Below, in pieces: positions 10,401 through 18,078 of a stretch of DNA of 64,000 nucleotides. The notes below the pieces were generated by a model. The model did not search any database. It had not been told where the DNA came from and was given only the letters and a program-made list of their open reading frames with translations. The DNA is from a virus (Duplodnaviria > Caudoviricetes), in IMG/VR virus record IMGVR_UViG_3300015360_000023, positions 96,001 through 160,000 of that record; one strand, given 5' to 3'. Numbering within the stretch: the first letter of the stretch is position 1; each line of letters opens with the position of its first letter. The position numbers and the translations under genes were made by a program.

Positions 10401-11417
10401 GTTCAGTCTTTCTCTCCAAATACAAATGGAATGAGTGACGACGGCTACTTCGGCGCCATCGTGGACGGCAAGATTGGCGTCTCTATTGATTATGGTACTG
10501 GTTTACTAACTCTAAATTTCACAAACTTATTTGAAGACTCTGTTCTTTCATCACTAAGTACTAAAATTCAAATTCATGTCTTCTTAAAGAAGGGTGGATT
10601 TAACAACCGTCCATTATTCGTAGACTCTGTGAAAGTTCAGAATATGCTAAAGCTTATTTCTGTCTTCTCTGGAGCCAATGATGGCGGACCTTCCGCTTTG
10701 GTTGATTTGAATTCAGACGTAAGTGGTATCCTGCCAATTCTTCACGGTGGTACTGGGCTTAATGCAACTGGATTATTTGGAACTGTCTTAACTAGTACGG
10801 GCAGCGGTCTTAATTATCAATTCGTTAATACTCTAACTAATGTTATTGCGTTTTCTACTGGTATTCCAGATGCTGATAGAGTGCCAAAGACAGATGGTTA
10901 CGGATTACTAGACCCAAGCTTCTATTACAAGCAACCAATGTATATCTGGGGTGTCGCGGGAACTTTCTCAAGCGACGGCTACGCATCCCCATCTGTTATC
11001 GGCGCTTTAACTTTTAGATTCGACAAGTTCATTCTAGAAGGATTATCAGATATTAAAATTGAAGCAATCTTAGAAACAACTAATGCAACTAATGCTGCAC
11101 AGTTACAATTGTATAATGTTAATACTCACAGCTATGTAAATTTGGGCGGAACAGGTAATGCAATTACTACAACTAGTACTTTTCCAACTTTAGTTACATC
11201 TCAAGACATTAAAGCCTTGTTATCATCGGGCGCCACCAATTTCATTTATGAAATTCATTTGAATATGAATCCATCTCCTGGTAACCCTGTCTCCGAGCAA
11301 GCTATCTGCAAGATGTGTCGTTTAGTTATGACTTACAATAATCCAACTACTCCAACTCCTCCAACGGCTCATAGCTGGAACTTCGTACCATATTTGCCTT
11401 CTCCAACCCCAATATAA
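7407..11417 (+). CDS. Large (1336 aa) baseplate/tail-tip virion protein with dockerin-like Ca-binding repeats
   Basis: N-terminal WSDGQQVDNDDLTLEQ resembles the xFxDGQxLxxxDxxxEQ start of contractile-tail baseplate proteins. Contains GDVDGNGIIDEHD and ADIDGDFHITIND repeats and a fibre-type LPILHGGTG motif. Confidence 0.55.
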   Translation: MTKRTPVSAQQNIWSDGQQVDNDDLTLEQQYNDTIESSTINNHVGTGVLPEVLVQNIIFDSSLAAGVLDGKAIFAQNQPTDKNLGNQLEVSLAQSKAASRKAVKVAIIGLDFQSNLEFETFTFKANEAQVSKKHFAQVVLILFNDFIGDDELSLNLGGRILIKEARPMTLSRSPIMVAQDVQPNLFFRDFFLDGPLSLNALLQAALPLYNTDTLDIFTGDLEKKLLLSGDVTTQIGEKFLATTNNVQKVTLLLAVRNQVIGSETDLSWNGDLVVSIYPLQSDVDCPSDIAPTLPIDFSPSNIPVAQISTNFASLQAAGIVLDSVPQPVDFIFSNSPIASGNVLIPGQYYALAIKRSGSANKCDIMIDVGDAQIANSRITTFTGSLWVDIPEQQLWFRVWHDAAKISDGQAYEAGHGIAIEKTAQDSNTLTTVDYSKEPLQFTGNDVFRAIVAATTEESVPVPDQRTGNPVLTRQQFIPNVTLLNTIDVANLEAASEPLIIGVISDKNRKFFDSISSLINSKIYSATFVKDELLIRIVDDVTDGYRYDTGVIGLQTNLLNGDFIGAKLFPNSNNPNTFYRIADARLCSYILGDVDGNGIIDEHDLDLLTSYVGTNLTLGLPLNTVLTTDNVTTTFTNGYITVTQPFTNLFSVTFQLIETSTGTVVASGSDGVLVANPADPRLAQFTSATVNFNVIVGLTDYKLVIIAPLSEPNYGAFEITSIDSLTDVLTLRKTYLTGDAIGEMLRADIDGDFHITINDGYLLSSYIDRVPLTMSPTSTFPGPSTNAYTKIGVTFNVLRFRLETYIDRADDYTNLTVGRSASIHTTPDIFTADGYFSLHDFLASPVPITIQKQLTWDESLIVTNSNPKMVPSVFTNQSGFIQNECLVEGINCTIYGSRPDFDPGTVDFFAPNNLIIGQGEIHRPDGEFYKVDFEVGTIVLEIPDGLFGSERTVNILDDFIADYTGAGATRLGFPSMKFADCSFVTADALANDQLRFSVAVQSFSPNTNGMSDDGYFGAIVDGKIGVSIDYGTGLLTLNFTNLFEDSVLSSLSTKIQIHVFLKKGGFNNRPLFVDSVKVQNMLKLISVFSGANDGGPSALVDLNSDVSGILPILHGGTGLNATGLFGTVLTSTGSGLNYQFVNTLTNVIAFSTGIPDADRVPKTDGYGLLDPSFYYKQPMYIWGVAGTFSSDGYASPSVIGALTFRFDKFILEGLSDIKIEAILETTNATNAAQLQLYNVNTHSYVNLGGTGNAITTTSTFPTLVTSQDIKALLSSGATNFIYEIHLNMNPSPGNPVSEQAICKMCRLVMTYNNPTTPTPPTAHSWNFVPYLPSPTPI

Positions 11418-11424
11418 TGCGGAC

Positions 11425-11453
11425 TTGACATGCTCCATTGGCCGCCCTATCTT
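11425..11453 (+). promoter_or_regulatory. Sigma70-type promoter
   Basis: TTGACA (11425-11430), 17-nt spacer, TATCTT (11448-11453), directly after the structural operon and 8 nt before the ATG at 11462. Confidence 0.7.
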
Positions 11454-11461
11454 GTGCGACT

Positions 11462-12217
11462 ATGAGTAAATTATCAGCAAAAATTACAGGTCGCCTGGAT
11501 TCGATGTACGGTAAAGAGTCTGTTTTTCGAAAATTTTGTCGCAAGTATTTTGGCCTTCCTTCTGTTATTGAATTAGGGTGGAATGATTGTAATGCGCTTG
11601 AAATGGCTGAGTTCAGTGATGAACCTAAGGGTAAAACCTGGGAAGATTATGATGCCTACATGAAGAAGACATATCCTACTCGTTTCTTCTTTAACAAGAC
11701 GCTCCCTAAGTTTTTACGATACAAGATTTGGTTTAAATTATCGATTCCTGCCGAAAAGATTCGCTATTTCTTGGTTTCTCATTTAATTCCAAGTCGCCGT
11801 TATCATATGCTTGATTTGCGTCAAGAAGGTGGATATCAATATGGCTGGAATGATGTTCCTGAAAAGATGCTCTATGCTATATTCAATCTTCTTGGAGAAT
11901 ATGTTACCAAGGAAGAGCCGCATGATCTGACTCAGTGGTATACTCAGGAACAAATTGATGCTGATGAGGGGCTTACTGCTCAGCAAAATTCAATTCTGGA
12001 AGCCCGAGCCATTCACCACTGGTGGACGGTTGAGCGTAAGGAGAATGAGAAGGAGAGGGCTCGTCTACTGACTCTTTGGGCGGATGCGCGTAAAACCAAA
12101 GATCCTAAAAAAGAAGAATATTGGATTCAGATGCATAAAATGGATGAGGATGCTGAAACAAAAACTGATGAAATGATTGCTCGTCTAATGAAGATTAGAC
12201 GAACTCTTTGGACTTGA
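11462..12217 (+). CDS. Hypothetical protein (Trp/Tyr-rich, helical C-terminus)
   Basis: Long ORF. Start moved to ATG 11462 because the track start (11438) lies inside the promoter. Confidence 0.8.
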   Translation: MSKLSAKITGRLDSMYGKESVFRKFCRKYFGLPSVIELGWNDCNALEMAEFSDEPKGKTWEDYDAYMKKTYPTRFFFNKTLPKFLRYKIWFKLSIPAEKIRYFLVSHLIPSRRYHMLDLRQEGGYQYGWNDVPEKMLYAIFNLLGEYVTKEEPHDLTQWYTQEQIDADEGLTAQQNSILEARAIHHWWTVERKENEKERARLLTLWADARKTKDPKKEEYWIQMHKMDEDAETKTDEMIARLMKIRRTLWT

Positions 12218-12230
12218 TATAGAATGGTTT

Positions 12231-13367
12231 ATGAAAGTATGTTGGTATGGCTTCTTAGGCAAGAATCATAGTTGGTCTATCGTTGGGCAAAATATCTCGC
12301 GAGAATTGATAAAGATGGGTCACGAGGTAGATTTATTTTCTACCAATGGTGATTTGTATTTTCCTGATGATCTTCGCCCCTTTCTTAAAGGTACATTGGA
12401 AGAGGGGAAGTCGCTAACCTATGATGAGTATTTAGAGTTTGTAGCCAAGCGTCTTGATGCTACCTATGACATGCAGCTATCTTATACTGCTTTATTGAAT
12501 TTTAGCCGATACTTTGTTCGCGGTAATACAAATAGATTTGGTATCTGGAACTATGAGACTACTGTTCTTCCTAAAGCATTCGCTAAACATGCTCTAGCTG
12601 TAGATAAGATTGTTCCCTCTTCTAATTTTTCTAAAGAAATCTTTACTAAGAATGGAATGCCTGAAGATCAACAGGTTATGATTCCTCATGGAATTCATTT
12701 AGATCGTTTTGAGAATTTGGGCAAGCACCCTTTAAAGACTACGAAGAAGTATAAAGTATTAGCTAATATTGCTCAACCTCATCTACGCAAGAACATCCCT
12801 GGCTTATTAGAGACCTGGGGTAAAGCTTTTACTAAAGCTGATGATGTTTGTTTAGTGATGAAGATCTCTAAGAAGGGTGCCAATGGCATGATGGATGTCT
12901 CGTTTAACGAAATTTTTAATAATTTTCGTACTAAGTATAAAAATCATGCAGAAATCGAAATCATTGACACGTTTCTTGTAGATATTGAACCACTTTACAA
13001 TGCGTGTGACGTGGTTATTACTATGAGCCACGCGGAATGTTTCTGGATGCCTGGCCTGGAGGCCTTCGCTGCTAATAAGGTGGTCATAGCTCCGCGCTAT
13101 GGTGGTCAACTTGACTACATGAATGATGATAACTCAATCTTGATTGATGGTAAACTCATTCGTGCTGACAACCGCATGCAGTATTGGGAGCCTTCTCCTT
13201 ATGCCGCTGTCTTCGATGCAGATACGACTCAAGCCGCAACCAAACTAAAAGATGTAGTTAAGAACTATGGTGATTATCTAAATAAATTTTCTCCAAAGAT
13301 GAAGGAGATTCTTCCAGAATATTCTTGGAAGAGAGTGGCAGAAAGGTTCGTAGAACTATGCCATTGA
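12231..13367 (+). CDS. Glycosyltransferase, GT-B fold (GT4-like)
   Basis: SWSIVGQNISRELIKMGHEV, KIVPSSNFSK, MIPHGIHLDRF, PHLRKNIPGLL, SHAECFWMPGLEAFA (EX7E-type), YSWKRVAERF. Confidence 0.9.
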   Translation: MKVCWYGFLGKNHSWSIVGQNISRELIKMGHEVDLFSTNGDLYFPDDLRPFLKGTLEEGKSLTYDEYLEFVAKRLDATYDMQLSYTALLNFSRYFVRGNTNRFGIWNYETTVLPKAFAKHALAVDKIVPSSNFSKEIFTKNGMPEDQQVMIPHGIHLDRFENLGKHPLKTTKKYKVLANIAQPHLRKNIPGLLETWGKAFTKADDVCLVMKISKKGANGMMDVSFNEIFNNFRTKYKNHAEIEIIDTFLVDIEPLYNACDVVITMSHAECFWMPGLEAFAANKVVIAPRYGGQLDYMNDDNSILIDGKLIRADNRMQYWEPSPYAAVFDADTTQAATKLKDVVKNYGDYLNKFSPKMKEILPEYSWKRVAERFVELCH

Positions 13368-13603
13368 ACTATTGGGGTTCAGAGATTGATGAGCAAATCA
13401 TCATTTCTTCAAGGAACACTATAGGTCAATATGAAGAATCATTCGTTGGGGTAATGCCTGTTCGACAAGACATTCAAGTGTTGCCGGCTGATGGGCCAAG
13501 ACAATTAAAACTTGGGTGGAAAGTAAGAGAAGTTGTAGGCGTAAGCGTCATCAACCCTAATGGTGTATTAGCTGGCAGCAAATCAACAATGGTGGGAAAA
13601 TAA
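13358..13603 (+). CDS. Small hypothetical protein (81 aa)
   Basis: ATG at 13358 overlaps the end of the GT4 gene and fills the operon gap. Confidence 0.6.
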   Translation: MPLNYWGSEIDEQIIISSRNTIGQYEESFVGVMPVRQDIQVLPADGPRQLKLGWKVREVVGVSVINPNGVLAGSKSTMVGK

Positions 13604-13604
13604 T

Positions 13605-13739
13605 ATGGCTTGTTATCCAGGGATGTATCATGGGTGGTCTGATTTAACTGATGAGTTACATGATTATATCACCATTACATCTAATAATAGAGTAGTAAAA
13701 AATATGGTATGGCGGGGAGTGCTCCCAGGCATTTATTAA
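13605..13739 (+). CDS. Small hypothetical protein (44 aa, MACYPGMYHGW...GVLPGIY), not in the ORF track
   Basis: Translated by hand. Starts 1 nt after the upstream stop and ends just before the RBS (AAGG) of the next gene. Confidence 0.5.
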   Translation: MACYPGMYHGWSDLTDELHDYITITSNNRVVKNMVWRGVLPGIY

Positions 13740-13746
13740 GGTCATT

Positions 13747-14457
13747 ATGAGTAAGATATTAAGTATTGTTATTCCAGTTTTCAATAAGTGGAACTTCACC
13801 AAGTCTTGTTTGACTGATTTAGTTCAATTACCTGAAGATCATGAAATCATTGTTATCGACAATGCTAGTGCAGATGATACTCCAACCAAGATTCAAGGGC
13901 TAATTGACGAGCTATTCCTCAAATACCCATTGAGCTGCGAAATCCGTTACGTGAGAAACGAAGAGAATACTTTTCATTCTAAAGCCTGTAATCAGGGCTT
14001 TCGTTTAGCTCAGGGCGATAACGTTCTATTTCTCAATAATGACATTCGAGTTAAAGCCAGCCATACAACGTGGACCAAGCCAATCATCGATGGTTGCGCT
14101 AATGGAATCGTAGGTCCAACGATGGGTCAGCTTGACAGCAATCTAAACTTCGTCAAAGAAGCCAGCCAGCAATTGACCGGCAACTCTTATTTGGGCGGTT
14201 GGTGTATTGCGGCCAGCAAGACCACTTGGAAAGAGCTTGACGTAGATGGTACGGGCCAGATTTGGAACGAAGAGTTTCCATTTTACTTCAATGATACAGA
14301 CTTGAGCTTTCGCGCTCGTCTTAATAGGGTTCCATTAACTGTAGTTAACGTTCCTGACGTAACTCATTTTGGTAAAGTTTCCGCAGCACAAATTAACATT
14401 CACAAATTGTATACTGAGGGAAGATCAATCTTCCTTAAAAACTGGAGTAAGCGATAA
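13747..14457 (+). CDS. Glycosyltransferase family 2 (GT-A)
   Basis: LSIVIPVFN, IIVIDNASADDT, ACNQG, VLFLNND, YFNDTDLSFRA. Confidence 0.9.
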   Translation: MSKILSIVIPVFNKWNFTKSCLTDLVQLPEDHEIIVIDNASADDTPTKIQGLIDELFLKYPLSCEIRYVRNEENTFHSKACNQGFRLAQGDNVLFLNNDIRVKASHTTWTKPIIDGCANGIVGPTMGQLDSNLNFVKEASQQLTGNSYLGGWCIAASKTTWKELDVDGTGQIWNEEFPFYFNDTDLSFRARLNRVPLTVVNVPDVTHFGKVSAAQINIHKLYTEGRSIFLKNWSKR

Positions 14458-15281
14458 TGCCTGAAGGCGTAGAAGTAAGAATCAGTGCAGAGTTAATTAA
14501 ACCACTAGTAATAGGTAAGCAAGTTTCAATTTCATTACCACATGGAGCTGGAAGGTACAAATCATCTCCCCCTGAAGGATACGTTGCTTTTGAAAAATCA
14601 GTAATTACTGAATATGTAAAAGTAGTTGATGTTCAAACTAAAGGTAAATTCATGTATTGGTCATTTGATAATGGCTGGTATATGTTTTGTACTTTTGGAA
14701 TGACAGGGCAGTGGTCACCTATTATGGCCAAGCACCCTTGCTTCGTTTTTACTTTTGAAGATAACACTCAGGCCTTCTTTAATGATCCAAGACATTTTGG
14801 CACAATCAAATTTATTAACAATCGAGATGAGTTACTGCTTAAGCTAAATGAATTAGGCTGGGATCCTTTGAATCAAGAGCTAACTCCCGTATGGCAGAAT
14901 TTCGTTATCAATACGCTGGCGCGCACGACCAAACCAATTGGTCAGGTACTGATGGACCAAGGCGTTTTTGCTGGCGTAGGTAACTACATTCGTGCGGAAG
15001 CGTTATATCTAGCAAAGATGTCTCCTTGGTGTAATAGTAATAAGTTAAAGAAAGACGAAATTGCTATTTTATGTCAGGCGCTTGTTGATGTAATGAAAGA
15101 TTCGTATAATCATCAAGGAGCTACTATCCTTACCTATAAAGATGCCTATGGGGCAGAAGGTAAGTACTCAAGCTGTTTTAAGGTTTATGGCCAAAAGACA
15201 GACCCTTTGGGTAATCCAATTATCAAAGAAGAGACGCCCGATAAGCGCACTATTCATTGGTGCCCCGCAGTACAAGTATAA
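14457..15281 (+). CDS. nei: Fpg/Nei family DNA glycosylase/AP lyase with zincless finger
   Basis: N-terminal MPEGVEV (catalytic Pro2/Glu3), KGKFMY, DPRHFG, H2TH motif LMDQGVFAGVGNYIRAEAL, C-terminal KRTIHWCPAVQ without four Cys. Confidence 0.9.
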   Translation: MPEGVEVRISAELIKPLVIGKQVSISLPHGAGRYKSSPPEGYVAFEKSVITEYVKVVDVQTKGKFMYWSFDNGWYMFCTFGMTGQWSPIMAKHPCFVFTFEDNTQAFFNDPRHFGTIKFINNRDELLLKLNELGWDPLNQELTPVWQNFVINTLARTTKPIGQVLMDQGVFAGVGNYIRAEALYLAKMSPWCNSNKLKKDEIAILCQALVDVMKDSYNHQGATILTYKDAYGAEGKYSSCFKVYGQKTDPLGNPIIKEETPDKRTIHWCPAVQV

Positions 15282-15289
15282 AGGTCATT

Positions 15290-16264
15290 ATGTCATTATC
15301 TACAAAAATTCTAATTTGGTTAGGCGGTATTCTTCTGGTTGGTGCTTTAGGTTTCATTATCTATACACAGATTCAAATATCTAAACGACAAGAAGCTATT
15401 GAGCAAAATGTAGTGGCTCAAAAACTATTGGTGGATGGCATTGTTCGAAGTCAGTCTACCTGGGCCACAAGAGATGATGTAGAGAAGTTTATCAAAGACA
15501 ATGGACTAAACCTCAAAGCAATCCAAGAAGACCTAGATAAGCTTCACGCTGAGGTCTCCTCAATCAATGTAGCGATTGCTAGTAGCAAAGGGCAAATCGG
15601 CACGCACATTCCAACGACTCCTGGTCCAGTAATTAATCCTGGGCCTATTGATCCAAAGAATCCAGATCCATATGGATACATGAAGCGTCAACAAACGTTT
15701 GTCCTAAATGAAGATTTTGGTTCCATTAAGATTCCAATTGGGTCAGTCGGATTTAGTGCGTGGCAGAAGGAACCTTGGAATTATGATATCAAGGCTAGAG
15801 ATTATAAACTAGCTACTGTAGTAGGAACTGACGAAAATCAAAGACAATATTTCTATAATAAGTTTACTGTTCAAACAGATGGTAAAGAATATGTAGTTCC
15901 GATCAAAACTGCAACTACAGAACAGGTATTCCCTGAGGCTAAGTTTAGCTGGTGGAACCCAAGACTATTCCTTGGCGTAGATGGTGCAGTTGGGCTCGCC
16001 CCTGTCAAAGGGGAGTTCACACCAAATCTAGGTGTTCAAATTATGTCTTATGGTCGATATAAGACTCAGCCAGATCTTTCTGTTTTGCAAGTGGGTGCAG
16101 GCTATGGTACTATTAGTAAAACGCCGCAACTTGTTATAACGCCCATATCATATAATATTGGTAAACATTTACCACTCATGAATAACACATATATTGGACC
16201 CTCTCTCGGCGTAGGTACTGACGGTAACGTCTTTATTGGCGCCGGCTTGAGAGTTGGATTATAA
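15290..16264 (+). CDS. Membrane-anchored protein: N-terminal TM helix, coiled coil, Pro-rich linker, C-terminal amphipathic beta strands
   Basis: ILIWLGGILLVGALGFIIY hydrophobic segment; C-terminus TYIGPSLGVG...VFIGAGLRVGL. Start moved to ATG 15290 after AAGG. Confidence 0.75.
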   Translation: MSLSTKILIWLGGILLVGALGFIIYTQIQISKRQEAIEQNVVAQKLLVDGIVRSQSTWATRDDVEKFIKDNGLNLKAIQEDLDKLHAEVSSINVAIASSKGQIGTHIPTTPGPVINPGPIDPKNPDPYGYMKRQQTFVLNEDFGSIKIPIGSVGFSAWQKEPWNYDIKARDYKLATVVGTDENQRQYFYNKFTVQTDGKEYVVPIKTATTEQVFPEAKFSWWNPRLFLGVDGAVGLAPVKGEFTPNLGVQIMSYGRYKTQPDLSVLQVGAGYGTISKTPQLVITPISYNIGKHLPLMNNTYIGPSLGVGTDGNVFIGAGLRVGL

Positions 16265-16274
16265 AGGAAGAATA

Positions 16275-17102
16275 ATGCTATATCTTTTGACACTTACCTG
16301 GAATGCGTGCGACAAGTTAACCAAACTCAAGGAATCAATTCTTCCTGCCCTTAATGGTATTGATTACACTTGGCTCATCAAGGATAATGCATCCAAAGAT
16401 GATACTGTTGCCGTTGCTTCAAGTTGGGGCGGTAACATAAAGGTTATCCCTTATAAGAACAACATGCAAAACTTTTCAGCGGGTATGAACTACCTCTTTA
16501 ATGAGGCGCAACCTAAAGATAATGATCGTGTTCTTTTATTGAACAATGATGTTATTTTTAATGATAAAAAGTCAATTCATAATATGATGGGTATTATGGA
16601 TAAAGATAAAAAGGTAGGCGCAGTAGGCTGTAGGTTGCTATATACTGGCACTGATAAACTCCAACACGCAGGTGTCGTTTTTGATCCGAGAACTAGGACT
16701 CCAACCCATTTTAGGGTCGGCCAAAAGACTGATGCAATGGCAGAAAGAAACAGAGAGTTTCAGGTTGTAACTGGAGCTGTTCTTTTAACTGATGGTGAGA
16801 GTTTCAAGAATTCTTTTACCAAGAACAAATCGGGCGCTAATGGCATGGACGAAAATTATCACTGGGCCTTTGATGATGTTGATTTGTGTTTAGCCATTAA
16901 GTATAATCAGAACAAGAGAATTATATATTGTGGTGAGACTAATATCTTCCATGAAGAAAGTGCCTCTCTAAAGAAGAATCCAGCTAACAAGCTATTTATG
17001 AATCATAATATGTCCTATCTAATGGACAAGTGGGCTGGACGTTATCAAATTGATCTGGTCGATTACACTAAAGATCCAAAACTTAATTTGTACCAAGGAT
17101 AA
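16275..17102 (+). CDS. Glycosyltransferase family 2 (RfbF/WbbL-like)
   Basis: LIKDNASKDDT, NFSAGMN, VLLLNNDV, GAVGCRLLY, LQHAGVVF, VVTGAVLL, FDDVDLCL, IFHEES. ATG at 16275 follows AAGGAAG. Confidence 0.9.
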   Translation: MLYLLTLTWNACDKLTKLKESILPALNGIDYTWLIKDNASKDDTVAVASSWGGNIKVIPYKNNMQNFSAGMNYLFNEAQPKDNDRVLLLNNDVIFNDKKSIHNMMGIMDKDKKVGAVGCRLLYTGTDKLQHAGVVFDPRTRTPTHFRVGQKTDAMAERNREFQVVTGAVLLTDGESFKNSFTKNKSGANGMDENYHWAFDDVDLCLAIKYNQNKRIIYCGETNIFHEESASLKKNPANKLFMNHNMSYLMDKWAGRYQIDLVDYTKDPKLNLYQG

Positions 17103-17104
17103 AC

Positions 17105-18055
17105 GTGAAAAAAGTTCTTATTACTGGCACATGTGGTTTCATTTTCAGCAACTTCATTCGTCGAGCTATCTACGAAAGACAAGCATATTCCTTTGTGAGT
17201 ATAGATAGGGTTGGTGGTAATGCCAATGCCCTTTATTCTCATAAGAATCATGTCTTCCATCTGGCCGACTTAAGGGACAACCATATCATTGATAAGATCT
17301 TTCAATTTGAAAGACCGGATATCGTTATCCATGCGGCGGCTGAAAGCTTCGTAGATGCTTCTCTGACCGATCCTAACGCCTTTGTGACCTCTAATGTCCT
17401 AGGCACCCAGGTAGTCATCAATGCCTGTTTAAAACACGGTGTGGAGCGACTAATTTATGTTTCCACAGATGAGGTGTATGGCCAGCTTACTAGCGAGTCA
17501 GATAAGGCCTGGACTGAGGAATCACCCCTTGACCCCAGAAACCCTTATTCGGCTTCTAAAGCGGCTGGAGAGTTGATGGTCAAAGCAGCTCATGCTAGCC
17601 ATGGTTTAATTTATAACATTACTCGTAGCTCCAACAACTATGGCCCCCGCCAGACTGCCGAAAAGCTCATTCCGAAGGCAATAAAATGCATTATGAATGA
17701 CCAGAAGATTCCCCTATATGGTCAGGGTCTTCAGATTCGAGACTGGACGCATGTTTTCGATAATTGCGCAGCCTTGCTAGCCATTCTAAATGATGGTAAA
17801 CCTAATGAGACCTATAATATTTCAGCTAATCAAGAGCTACCTAACATTGAAGTAATTCAAAAGATTTGTAATGCTATGGGTAAAGGTCACAATCTTATTT
17901 CCTTCATTGAAGACCCTCGTAAGGGTCATGATTTTAGATATTCAGTTGATTCATCTAAAATCAAAGAACTGGGTTGGAAACCGACCTTCAAATTCAGAGA
18001 AGGTATCACTGAAACTGTTGAATGGTATAAGATAAATCAATGGCTTTTGAAGTGA
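17105..18055 (+). CDS. rfbB: dTDP-glucose 4,6-dehydratase (extended SDR)
   Basis: GTG start; VLITGTCGFIFS, HAAAESFVDAS, YVSTDEVYG, NPYSASKA, SNNYGPRQ, EKLIP, IRDWTHV, DPRKGHDFRY. Confidence 0.9.
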   Translation: MKKVLITGTCGFIFSNFIRRAIYERQAYSFVSIDRVGGNANALYSHKNHVFHLADLRDNHIIDKIFQFERPDIVIHAAAESFVDASLTDPNAFVTSNVLGTQVVINACLKHGVERLIYVSTDEVYGQLTSESDKAWTEESPLDPRNPYSASKAAGELMVKAAHASHGLIYNITRSSNNYGPRQTAEKLIPKAIKCIMNDQKIPLYGQGLQIRDWTHVFDNCAALLAILNDGKPNETYNISANQELPNIEVIQKICNAMGKGHNLISFIEDPRKGHDFRYSVDSSKIKELGWKPTFKFREGITETVEWYKINQWLLK

Positions 18056-18063
18056 TATAATAC
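18053..18063 (+). promoter_or_regulatory. Extended -10-like element TGATATAATAC
   Basis: TG-A-TATAAT upstream of the AAGGAG RBS of the tubulin-like gene. The 10-mer GATATAATAC recurs exactly at 37311-37320. Confidence 0.55.
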
Positions 18064-18078
18064 ATCTAAGGAGACATA

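Noticed and set aside
1-11417. Bacterial extracellular contractile injection system or T6SS locus
   Set aside because: The baseplate-like genes are contiguous with phage-type replication genes, PhoH, an HNH homing nuclease and many micro-ORFs, with no bacterial housekeeping context.
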